Shown here piece after piece: positions 28,391-37,097 of a stretch of 40,640 bases of DNA. The stretch is from positions 1 to 40,640 of the forward strand of contig CAKARF010000001.1 in NCBI GenBank assembly GCA_916720465.1, read 5' to 3'. Origin of the DNA: an uncultured Atopobium sp. (GTDB taxonomy: Bacteria > Actinomycetota > Coriobacteriia > Coriobacteriales > Atopobiaceae). Position 1 is the first letter of the stretch, and every line of letters begins with the position of its first letter. A program made the translations under genes and the position numbers. Below the pieces are notes generated by a model. It was not told where the DNA came from and did no database searches. It saw only the letters and a list, made by a program, of their open reading frames with translations.

Positions 28391-31384
28391 CTACGCACCT
28401 ATAAGATAGCTGTACGAATCACGTACCGTGACAATCATCTTGCGGATATTTTCTGGAAGACCACAAGCTTCATCATCAACGTTATAAATTGCTGTACTGC
28501 CATCAAGACGTACTAAGAAACCGTCTTCAGTTGGAAGGAAGCCTTCATTCTCAGAATTGTCAAAGTCTTCACGACTCCAGAATGCAGTGAACTTATCCTT
28601 GTAAGGGCGTCCTTCAGAGTATGGGCAGAACACGGCACAGTTACCGCACTCATTACACATACCATCAACGTGAATAATCTGCTGCTGTTGAACACCAGGA
28701 ACCTTAATAGCAACATTGGCACGGTTCGGACATACCTCAACGCATGCTTCACATACCGAAGGACAAGAAAGACAACGTGACTGCTCGCACGCATCAGTAT
28801 CACCGCAAAGCTGTCCACGCTTACCAAAAATCTTAGCGACGTCTTCCTCAAGGTTGGAAAGTTCCTTGCTTGAGAAATTGAAATCTGCAATGGCAACGGC
28901 TACGGTCATAGCGTCTGCAATACCTTTGACAACGGTTGCTGGACCACGACGTCCATCACCAACTGCATAGACGTGCGCAAGAGAAGTCTGAAGATTATTG
29001 TCCACAACTGGACGGCCCTTCTCGTCAAGGGTAATGCCAGAGGTGGTATAAAGATTGGGCTCAATCTGCTCACCAACTGCTGTAATAACAGCGGTTGCAG
29101 GAATTGTAACGAACTCGCCTGTTCCCTCAGGACGACGACGACCAGACTCATCAGGAGCGCCAAGTTTCATTACCTCGCAGGTAAGCTGATTATTGGCCAA
29201 ATCTCCTGGGGCGAGAAGTTCCATGAACTCCACGCCGTCATCAATGGCCATCTGCAGCTCTTCCTCATCAGCAGGCATATAGCGCTTGGTACGACGATAT
29301 ACCAGACGTACATTTTGTACACCAGCAACACGCTTTGCCGCACGAGCCACATCCATAGCAGTATTACCAGCACCGATAACAACTACGTCAGTACCAAGGT
29401 TAACGGACTCAGGTGTACGCTTAAACTCCTCGAGGAACTCAAGAGCATCCAGAGCCTCACCGGACTTCAAGGTCTTACGACCAGGAGCCCATGCACCAAT
29501 TGCTACTACAACGTCGGTATAACCCTCAGAAAGCAGAGTATTTACATCTGCAACCTCAACGCCTGTCTTAAAGGTTGCACCATATGCCTGGCACAGCTTG
29601 ACATCATTATCGATAGCTTCCTCAGAAATACGGAAACCAGGAATAACGTGACGAACAATACCACCAAGCTTATTGGTACGCTCAAAGACAACTACTTCAA
29701 TACCTGCGCGTGATAAGAAAGATGCCGCCGAAAGACCAGCGGGGCCGCCGCCGATAATAGCAACCTTCTTATCCTTAACCACACCACGAGAGGCAAGCGT
29801 TGGGAGGACTTCCATAAGGCCGTTCTCTGCGGCGGTAAGTTTGCAGCTACGAATATGAACATGCTCATCAACGTAATTACGCATACAGGAATTTGTGCAG
29901 GTGTGAGGACAAATAGTACCGGTAATAAAAGGAAGGGCATTGCGCTCAAGAATGATGTGTAAGGCGTCAGCATAACGGCCTTCATCTACTGCCTTAAGGT
30001 ATCCTGGAATGTCCTGATGAATTGGACAAGAATCACGGCATGGCGCAATAAAGCAGTCAGTCAGCGGAAGTGCCCCGCGTACGTGACGATCAGGTTGTGG
30101 CTTAATCTCTTTGTGATAACGTGCATTTTTGAGCGAACTTTCAAGCAACGCAGATACCTTTGCCACATCAACGCCAGAAAATGCTTCCGTATTTTCATCT
30201 GCAAAGAGTCCAGCAATCTGCGTCATACGCTCATAGCCACCAGGCTTCAAAATGGTAGTTGCCATGGTAACAGGCCAAATACCTGTATCAACAAGATCTT
30301 TAATATTGTTGTAGTCTGCGCCGCCAGAGTACGAAATACGTAGTTTGCCATCAAACTGCTCAGAAAGACGCTTAGCAAGTGAAAGCGACAAGGTCCAAAG
30401 AGAACGACCAGACATATACATTTCTTCGCTTGGCAACTCGCCACGAGTAACATCTACTGGGAAGGTATTGGTAAGTTTGACACCAAACTCAACACCCTTT
30501 TCTGCACACAGTTTCATAAGACGCTCAAGCATAGGAACTGCGTCAGCCCACTGCAAATCTTCCAGGAAGTGATGATCATCAAAGGCAATGTAGTCAAATC
30601 CTAAAGAATCCAGCGTTTTACGTGCATACTCATATCCCAAAAGTGTTGGATTGCACTTAATAAAGGTATTGAGGTGCTTCTCGGTAATGAGATAGGAAGC
30701 AATTCGCTCAATCTCATCTGGAGGACAACCATGCAGAGTTGACTCTGTAATAGAATCTGAAATACGAGAAGGAATGGAATCAATAAATGCCTCGTCAACA
30801 TTGTGGAAGCGATTAATGTTAGCTTTTGCCCATGCAATTGCCTCCTTAAATACAGGAGTCTCAGAGGCATCCTTCATGTCATTTATATATTTATCTACCT
30901 TAGGAGTTTTAATTCCTTCAAGGTCATAACCAACGGACATGTTAAAGACAAAGCCATCAGCATCTCCCAAACCAAGCTCTTGGGAAAGAATATGGCAAAT
31001 AACCCATGCCTTGACATACTCATCAAATGCCTGAGGTACGGTTAACTCCGTAGACCACTCGCAGTTGTATCCCTCATCGGATGCCAAAATACAAGGCTTA
31101 TTAACGCAAGCTGAAAGCTCTTCTCCATCCATTTTCTGAACTGTTTTAAGCTCAAAGAAACGAGCACCGGTAACATATGATGCTACGATATTCTGTGCAA
31201 GCTGTGTATTGGGGCCCGCTGCAGGACCAAATGGGGTCTCAATTTTCTCGTTAAAAATAGGACGAGCAGCTCCAGCTGTCTTGGCAAATGCATGAATTCC
31301 AAAGATAGTCTTCTGATTTTCGTACTCATCTAAAATCCAATTCACCAGATGGTCGAATTTCATGGGACGCATAATGTCGCTCAT
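28391..31384 (-). CDS. ygfK: YgfK Fe-S flavoenzyme (2,8-dioxopurine reductase role in the urate pathway)
   Basis: MSDIMRP, GPAAGPNTQLAQNI, DEGYNCEWSTEL, TLHGCPPDEIE, GGGPAG, GAGNTAMD, CEACVEVCPNRAN, CNECGNC. Confidence 0.95.
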   Translation of the reverse strand: MSDIMRPMKFDHLVNWILDEYENQKTIFGIHAFAKTAGAARPIFNEKIETPFGPAAGPNTQLAQNIVASYVTGARFFELKTVQKMDGEELSACVNKPCILASDEGYNCEWSTELTVPQAFDEYVKAWVICHILSQELGLGDADGFVFNMSVGYDLEGIKTPKVDKYINDMKDASETPVFKEAIAWAKANINRFHNVDEAFIDSIPSRISDSITESTLHGCPPDEIERIASYLITEKHLNTFIKCNPTLLGYEYARKTLDSLGFDYIAFDDHHFLEDLQWADAVPMLERLMKLCAEKGVEFGVKLTNTFPVDVTRGELPSEEMYMSGRSLWTLSLSLAKRLSEQFDGKLRISYSGGADYNNIKDLVDTGIWPVTMATTILKPGGYERMTQIAGLFADENTEAFSGVDVAKVSALLESSLKNARYHKEIKPQPDRHVRGALPLTDCFIAPCRDSCPIHQDIPGYLKAVDEGRYADALHIILERNALPFITGTICPHTCTNSCMRNYVDEHVHIRSCKLTAAENGLMEVLPTLASRGVVKDKKVAIIGGGPAGLSAASFLSRAGIEVVVFERTNKLGGIVRHVIPGFRISEEAIDNDVKLCQAYGATFKTGVEVADVNTLLSEGYTDVVVAIGAWAPGRKTLKSGEALDALEFLEEFKRTPESVNLGTDVVVIGAGNTAMDVARAAKRVAGVQNVRLVYRRTKRYMPADEEELQMAIDDGVEFMELLAPGDLANNQLTCEVMKLGAPDESGRRRPEGTGEFVTIPATAVITAVGEQIEPNLYTTSGITLDEKGRPVVDNNLQTSLAHVYAVGDGRRGPATVVKGIADAMTVAVAIADFNFSSKELSNLEEDVAKIFGKRGQLCGDTDACEQSRCLSCPSVCEACVEVCPNRANVAIKVPGVQQQQIIHVDGMCNECGNCAVFCPYSEGRPYKDKFTAFWSREDFDNSENEGFLPTEDGFLVRLDGSTAIYNVDDEACGLPENIRKMIVTVRDSYSYLIGA

Positions 31385-31472
31385 TTTGGTTCCTCTCCTT
31401 TTAACCAATGTGAGTTATAGTCCCCGCACTTATGGCGTCCGCGGGCGACGCCTGATTTACGCATATGCGCAA

Positions 31473-31503
31473 GACGAGAAGAACTTTCAAAGTTCTTCTC
31501 GTC
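31473..31503. terminator. Perfect hairpin after ssnA (weak U-tract)
   Basis: GACGAGAAGAACTTT-c-AAAGTTCTTCTCGTC. Confidence 0.6.
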
Positions 31504-31511
31504 ATAACAAC

Positions 31512-32867
31512 TTAATACTGGCGGCCGTTGAGCTCTCCCCAAAGCTTCTTAGCCTCAACCATAGTCCAAGCGTTAATCTTGTCCTCATCAAACGCAACAA
31601 ATTCGCGGTCCTTATAGAGAACCTTACCGTTGACAATAGTAGTGCGGCAGTTCTTACCCTCAAAGCCAAAGAGCATGTGACCGTCGATGTTCTCGTCAGA
31701 GAACGGCGTGAACGGTTTGTAATCAAAGATTGCAATGTCAGCAGCAGCACCAGATGCAAGCTTACCTAAAGGCTTGCCATTAGACTTTGTTGAGAAGTAC
31801 TTCTCGGCCATCTTGACATTGTTCTTGAAGAGCATGGTCATAGCTTCAACCCAACCAACATTTGGCATACAAGCATTATGACGCTGCATAGGTAAGAAGA
31901 CCTTCAGCGATTCAAGCATATCGTGCGTATACGCATCGGTGCCCATGCATACATCAATACCACGCTTGAAGAACTCGAGTACCGGCGCACACCCAACCGC
32001 ATTACCCATATTGGACTCAGGATTGTTAACAATGCTGGTATGAGTATGAGCAAGGATGTCCATATCAGCAGGAGTTACGTGGATGCAGTGGCCAAGCATG
32101 GTCTTCTCGCCCAAAAGACCATGATCAAGCAGGCGATGTACCGCAGTGGTTCCGTGATTAAGAGCAGAATCATATACATCATCCATGCCCTCGCAAACGT
32201 GAATATGGAAGCCGGTAAGACCGTTGTTGGCCTCAACCATCTTATCCAGCGTCTCATCAGAAAGCGTAAAGAGGGCGTGTCCACCAAACATAGCGGCAAT
32301 CATATCGTCATCTTCATCTGCAGCCCATTTAGCAAAGGCAGCATTTTCAGCGATAGACTCATCACGCTTGACCTCTCCATCACGATCAGATGTCTCATAG
32401 CAAAGGCAAGCACGAATACCAAGCTCTTTTGCGACGTCTTTGATAGCAAAGAGTGAATCAGGAATCTCACAGAAACTTGCATGGTGATCAAAGATAGTAG
32501 TAACACCATCTCGCAGTGAATCAAGGATAGTTGCGTAAGCGCAAGCGCGAGTTCCATCAAGCGTCAGATGACGGTCGATGTTCCACCACTGCTGCTCAAG
32601 ATTTTCAAGGAAGTTGTGAGGGTTACAGTCTTTGATAGCAAGACCACGTGCCAAGCCAGAATAGATATGAGTATGGCAGTTAATAAGACCTGGCATAATG
32701 ACGCCGCCATGCGCGTCAAGCTTTTCTGCATCGGGATAGGCGGCTTCAAGTTTCGCACGCGTATCAACGGCAACAATCTTCTGACCTTCAATTGCTACGG
32801 CACCATCTTCAATGTACGGATGAGCTTCGTCGCGCGTAATAACACGACCGTTCACAATAAGCAGCAT
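31512..32867 (-). CDS. ssnA: SsnA amidohydrolase
   Basis: PGLINCHTHIYSGLARG, GVTTIFDHHAS, CYETSDRDG, HALFTLSD, NPESNMGNAVG, GTDAYT.DM. Confidence 0.95.
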   Translation of the reverse strand: MLLIVNGRVITRDEAHPYIEDGAVAIEGQKIVAVDTRAKLEAAYPDAEKLDAHGGVIMPGLINCHTHIYSGLARGLAIKDCNPHNFLENLEQQWWNIDRHLTLDGTRACAYATILDSLRDGVTTIFDHHASFCEIPDSLFAIKDVAKELGIRACLCYETSDRDGEVKRDESIAENAAFAKWAADEDDDMIAAMFGGHALFTLSDETLDKMVEANNGLTGFHIHVCEGMDDVYDSALNHGTTAVHRLLDHGLLGEKTMLGHCIHVTPADMDILAHTHTSIVNNPESNMGNAVGCAPVLEFFKRGIDVCMGTDAYTHDMLESLKVFLPMQRHNACMPNVGWVEAMTMLFKNNVKMAEKYFSTKSNGKPLGKLASGAAADIAIFDYKPFTPFSDENIDGHMLFGFEGKNCRTTIVNGKVLYKDREFVAFDEDKINAWTMVEAKKLWGELNGRQY

Positions 32868-32990
32868 AGGAACTCCTTGCCACGTGCCGCAGATCAGCTA
32901 CGGCGAATAAAATGACGGATGTGCCCTCTCCGACACCCCGTTCGGACATATATTAAAGAGAGCCCGACTTCTCTTTTGTGCAAAAACCAA

Positions 32991-33029
32991 AACAAACAAT
33001 TTGTTTTATATTCTAATTTTTTATTTGGT
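32991..33029. promoter_or_regulatory. Tandem operator-like boxes between divergent ssnA and regulator
   Basis: AACAAAC-AATTT-GTTTTAT (32991) and TTCTAAT-TTTTT-ATTTGGT (33011). Confidence 0.5.
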
Positions 33030-33218
33030 TTATATTCTCATAAATTTTGTCAAAACAACTAACTTATCGGTGTACGGTCGAATCTTGACGTAAACGGTTT
33101 CTTGCCACATTAACCAATACCTATACATAGTGTCCTATTCCTGCATAAACAAAACCTGTTAGGGTAGAATTGTTTAAAATAATTTTGAAACTAATTTTCA
33201 TACTTGGAGTACATCACT

Positions 33219-33866
33219 ATGGACATGCAGCAGATTGATTTTTTAAAACGTCTTGCACAGGGTATTGCTCTAGAATTTGGCTCAAACTGTGAAGTTGTTG
33301 TTCATGATCTTCAGAGTAAAGATCCTGCTCATACCATAGTTGCTATTGAGAATGGTCATATAACAGGAAGAAGTATCGGAGATGGCCCTTCAAACGTAGT
33401 ACTCAAAGCACTCCATTCAAATCCAGAAAAGCTTCATGACTCTCCCTCTTATCTCACCAAAACAGAAGACGGCAAGATACTCAAATCAACAACTATTTAC
33501 CTACGTGATGAGAAACACAAACCAATCGCAATTTTTGCTATTAACTACGACATTGCACTTTTCTCTGCAATGGAAGAATCCTTACGTGGTCTCATTACTC
33601 CCAGCAATTCATCTGAAGACACTCCGCAGACCATTCCACATAACGTAACCGATCTTCTCGATGAGCTTATTGATCAAAGCGTACGCATGGTTGGGCGTCC
33701 TGTTGCTCTTATGACAAAAGATGACAAAATCAAAGCAATCCGTTTTCTTAATGATTCTGGAGCATTTCTTATTACCAAATCAGGTCAAAAAGTCTGTTCC
33801 TATTTTGGCATTTCAAAGTACACTCTTTACAGCTATCTTGACGAGGCAAAAAATCAAAATTTATAG
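33219..33866 (+). CDS. YheO/DauR-like PAS-HTH transcriptional regulator
   Basis: FGSNCEVVVHDL, IVAIENGHITGR.IGD, DGKILKSTT, GAFLITKS...FGISKYTLYSYL; ATG 33219 after GGAG (TTG 33204 alternative). Confidence 0.9.
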   Translation: MDMQQIDFLKRLAQGIALEFGSNCEVVVHDLQSKDPAHTIVAIENGHITGRSIGDGPSNVVLKALHSNPEKLHDSPSYLTKTEDGKILKSTTIYLRDEKHKPIAIFAINYDIALFSAMEESLRGLITPSNSSEDTPQTIPHNVTDLLDELIDQSVRMVGRPVALMTKDDKIKAIRFLNDSGAFLITKSGQKVCSYFGISKYTLYSYLDEAKNQNL

Positions 33867-33894
33867 TTGTAGGTAACATATCGTCAACAATAAA

Positions 33895-33929
33895 ACCTCC
33901 CATTTCCTATTATCTAAGAAATGGGAGGT
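33895..33929. terminator. Hairpin terminator between convergent regulator and permease
   Basis: ACCTCCCATTTC-N11-GAAATGGGAGGT. Confidence 0.75.
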
Positions 33930-33969
33930 AATCTTTAAAACGAAGGTGAGAAACTAAGGTAAATCCTCA

Positions 33970-35433
33970 CTACTCAGACTTATAGTCTGTTTTATACGCC
34001 TTAACAGAACCTGGCTTATGCTCAACTGCAGGTACACCTGTCGCAGCTGATTTATACAATGCTCCAACTGCTTCTTCCTGTACCTCTGCGGCTCCCTCAA
34101 CTGCTTTCACAACTTCCTTATCAGGTCCACCCTTAGGAAGAACAAGATTAAGAATAATGGCAGAAAGTGCTGCAACAACAATAGCAGAATGTCCAAATAC
34201 CTCATTAATAAACGCAGGCATTCCAGGGCCTGCAAGAGAGTTAGACGTCATGGTAATACCCATACCTAACGCAAGAGACAAACCTGCAATAGTTGCTCTA
34301 CGAGGAGTAAGGCCATCTTTAGAAAGAATGCGAATACCAGTCATTGAAATAGTACCGAATACGTTAATAGTAGCTCCGCCAATAACAGGTTGAGGAATAC
34401 CTGAAAGAATTGCCGCTAACTTTGGCGCCAAACCAGCTACCAAAAGGATTGCACCTGCAACCGCAAAAACACGACGATTAATAACACGAGTTTGTGTCAC
34501 GATACCAACATTTTGACCATATGTTGAAGTTGGAAATGCTCCAAAGAAAGCGCCAACCATAGTCATAACACCCTGAGAAACAAGACCACCAGTAAGCTCT
34601 GTATCGGTGGGTTCACGATCCATACCGCCTACCGTTGCACCAGTCATGTTACCAACAGCCTCAAGTGCAGCAACAATAAAGACAATAGTTACCGAAGCAA
34701 TTGTTGCTGGAACAAATTCAAGTGCAAAAGGCATAAAGTGAGGAAGCTCAACCCAAGAAGCATTGACTACAGAGTCGTAGTTAATCATGCCAAAAGGAAT
34801 GGAAACAACATAACCTACGAGCATGCCAAAAAGTAAAGATCCGAGCTTGAAAACACCTTTAGCAAAATTACTGAAGTAAATACATGCAGCAAGAGTAATA
34901 AGAGCAACAATCCAGTTTTGAGGAGCACCAAAGTTTGCTGAGCTCTTACCACCGGCCATATATCCAATAGCAACGCTATATAGAGAAAGACCAATGCAAA
35001 GTACTACGGTACCTGTTACAACATTAGGGAATAACACACGAATCTTCTTAAAGAAGAAACCAAACAAAACAGCAACGATACCACCGATAAGTTCAGCTCC
35101 AAGAATGGCCCCAATTCCATTAGCAGCGCCAATAGCTTGCAGGGTAGGTACGTAGGCAAAACTTGTGCCCATAATTATCGGTAACCCTGCACCAAACTTG
35201 CCGAAGAGTGGATATGCCTGCAAAATAGTAACTAATCCAGACATTACTAACGAAACCTGAATAAGCAGTGTTTTATCCGCTGGGGCAAGATTGCAAACAC
35301 CCGCAATAATAATTGCAGGTGTAATGATGCCCACTACAGCTGCAACTACATGCTGTAATGAAAGTGGAATAAGCTCGCCAACAGACGGTACCCCATCCCA
35401 TTGAAACAAAATGGATTTCTTTGAATCCGCCAT
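33970..35433 (-). CDS. NCS2/NAT-family xanthine/urate permease
   Basis: SLQH in TM1, MGTSFAY, NAT signature YGQNVGIVTQTRV, PQPVIGG; many TM helices; start MADSKK. Confidence 0.88.
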   Translation of the reverse strand: MADSKKSILFQWDGVPSVGELIPLSLQHVVAAVVGIITPAIIIAGVCNLAPADKTLLIQVSLVMSGLVTILQAYPLFGKFGAGLPIIMGTSFAYVPTLQAIGAANGIGAILGAELIGGIVAVLFGFFFKKIRVLFPNVVTGTVVLCIGLSLYSVAIGYMAGGKSSANFGAPQNWIVALITLAACIYFSNFAKGVFKLGSLLFGMLVGYVVSIPFGMINYDSVVNASWVELPHFMPFALEFVPATIASVTIVFIVAALEAVGNMTGATVGGMDREPTDTELTGGLVSQGVMTMVGAFFGAFPTSTYGQNVGIVTQTRVINRRVFAVAGAILLVAGLAPKLAAILSGIPQPVIGGATINVFGTISMTGIRILSKDGLTPRRATIAGLSLALGMGITMTSNSLAGPGMPAFINEVFGHSAIVVAALSAIILNLVLPKGGPDKEVVKAVEGAAEVQEEAVGALYKSAATGVPAVEHKPGSVKAYKTDYKSE

Positions 35434-35519
35434 AGTGCCCTCTCTCACTTGTGGTTTTTTTATATTCTGTGGCTAACCTACACACCACAACCTACTTAAA
35501 CAAACATCGCTACTACAAA

Positions 35520-35558
35520 ATCTAATGAAAAGTTTTGTAACCTAACTATTATTTAGAC
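35520..35558. promoter_or_regulatory. Tandem operator-like boxes between divergent permease and M20 deacylase
   Basis: ATCTAAT-GAAAA-GTTTTGT (35520) and ACCTAAC-TATTA-TTTAGAC (35540). Confidence 0.5.
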
Positions 35559-35623
35559 ATAGATAGAGTAATCTTTTTTATACAAGTAGCAACCCTTTTT
35601 CGGTAATCGGTTAAATTTGAGAG

Positions 35624-36892
35624 ATGAACAGTATGTCAAGCAGAACTAATTTTGACGCATCCAAACTTCCTAACAACCTACCAGAAGTTGCAAAAATGAC
35701 AGCACAACTTGTTGCTCTTAAAAGTACTGATCCTGGTTCTTATGAAGAAGAAATTGAAACATTTATTAAAGCGTGGATTGTTGACTCGTGTTCTTTTTCA
35801 CTACCAAACAAAAAAGAACTATTCCCCTTTATTCAAGAAATTGAGGTTTTTCCTCATAGACGTTGTCTTAGGGCAACAATCCCCAGTGCTACCACATCAT
35901 TTGATTCCTCTACACTCCCCCCATCAGACCTGACATTTATCTGCCATATGGATACCGTAACTGATGGCGATGGCTGGGACTCTAAAACACCTGCATTCAA
36001 TCCCGTATATAAAGATGGACTGCTGTATGGACGAGGCTCATGTGATATGAAAGGGGGACTTGCCTGTGCACTTCTCGCCTTTAGAGACGCTTGCCAGGCA
36101 TGCAAGACACAAAAAACGCTTCCCCAAAAATCTCTTTCTGTCATCTTCACGGTTGACGAAGAAGCTAATATGCGTGGCGTTGAACGTGTTATTGATGCTG
36201 GTTGGGTTGGCGAGAAAGGCTGGGTGCTTGACGCTGAGCCTACAAACAATGCCATCCGTGGATCTCACAAAGGTCGAACCTGGTTCAAAATTACTGTTAC
36301 CGGAATCACAGCTCACGCAAGCACCCCTTGGAAAGGTGCTGATGCTATCGCTGCAATGGCAATTGTTATAAATGAGATACGAACTGCAGTGCAGAGTCTA
36401 CCCACTCATCCAGAACTTGGATCATCAACGGTAACCTTTGGGCAGATTGTGGGTGGATATCAACCGTACGTTGTTCCTGATAAAGCCGAACTCTGGGTTG
36501 ACATGCGCTTAGTACCCCCTACAACAACGCAAGCTGCAGAGCATATAGTGCAACAAGCAATCAAGCAAGCCCAAACAGAGATTTGCGGTACTCACGCCAG
36601 CTATGACATTACGGGAAATAGGCCTTCCGTTGTCCTTCCCAAGAATTCAGAACTTCTCGCACAGCTTCTCTCGTGTGCAGAATCTTGCAATACGCCTGCA
36701 AAGCTCGATATTTTTACTGGATATACCGATACCGCTGTAATTGCATCCACCTGTAAAAATACAGAATGTATGTCATATGGGCCTGGAGAACTTGAACGGG
36801 CTCATAAACCAAATGAGTACGTTCCTGTAGAAGATTTAACACGCGTGTATCGAGTATTTAAATCACTGATAAACACTGTATGCGACTTTTAG
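35624..36892 (+). CDS. M20 (ArgE/DapE-like) metallo-deacylase
   Basis: HMDTV, YGRGSCDMKGG, DEEAN, AEPT, AHASTPWKG, YGPG...AHKPNEY. Confidence 0.88.
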   Translation: MNSMSSRTNFDASKLPNNLPEVAKMTAQLVALKSTDPGSYEEEIETFIKAWIVDSCSFSLPNKKELFPFIQEIEVFPHRRCLRATIPSATTSFDSSTLPPSDLTFICHMDTVTDGDGWDSKTPAFNPVYKDGLLYGRGSCDMKGGLACALLAFRDACQACKTQKTLPQKSLSVIFTVDEEANMRGVERVIDAGWVGEKGWVLDAEPTNNAIRGSHKGRTWFKITVTGITAHASTPWKGADAIAAMAIVINEIRTAVQSLPTHPELGSSTVTFGQIVGGYQPYVVPDKAELWVDMRLVPPTTTQAAEHIVQQAIKQAQTEICGTHASYDITGNRPSVVLPKNSELLAQLLSCAESCNTPAKLDIFTGYTDTAVIASTCKNTECMSYGPGELERAHKPNEYVPVEDLTRVYRVFKSLINTVCDF

Positions 36893-37097
36893 ACTAATTT
36901 ATAAGAAGTACTATCTTATGCAATACAACTTGCCTACTGGTCTGCATTATTTCTTCTTCTCACAAAAAACCACGGCTGCTACGCAGAGAATTAACCCCAA
37001 TACTGCAGGCTTCACAATTGATAGAGCATCTTTCAAACCACTGTTCATCGCTTGACTACCGGACACCGTAGAGCATTACTCAACAACAATCCAACAA

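Noticed and set aside
28391..31384. Legacy 'selenate reductase' annotation for YgfK
   Set aside because: Gene context with ssnA, hydA, ygeWY and dpaL supports purine catabolism; no DMSO-reductase-family subunit is present.
6166..35448. N-terminal extensions in the ORF track (MoeA-like, yqeB, mocA, ygeY, xdh, ygfK, permease)
   Set aside because: Downstream ATGs have better-placed SD sequences and match family N-termini.
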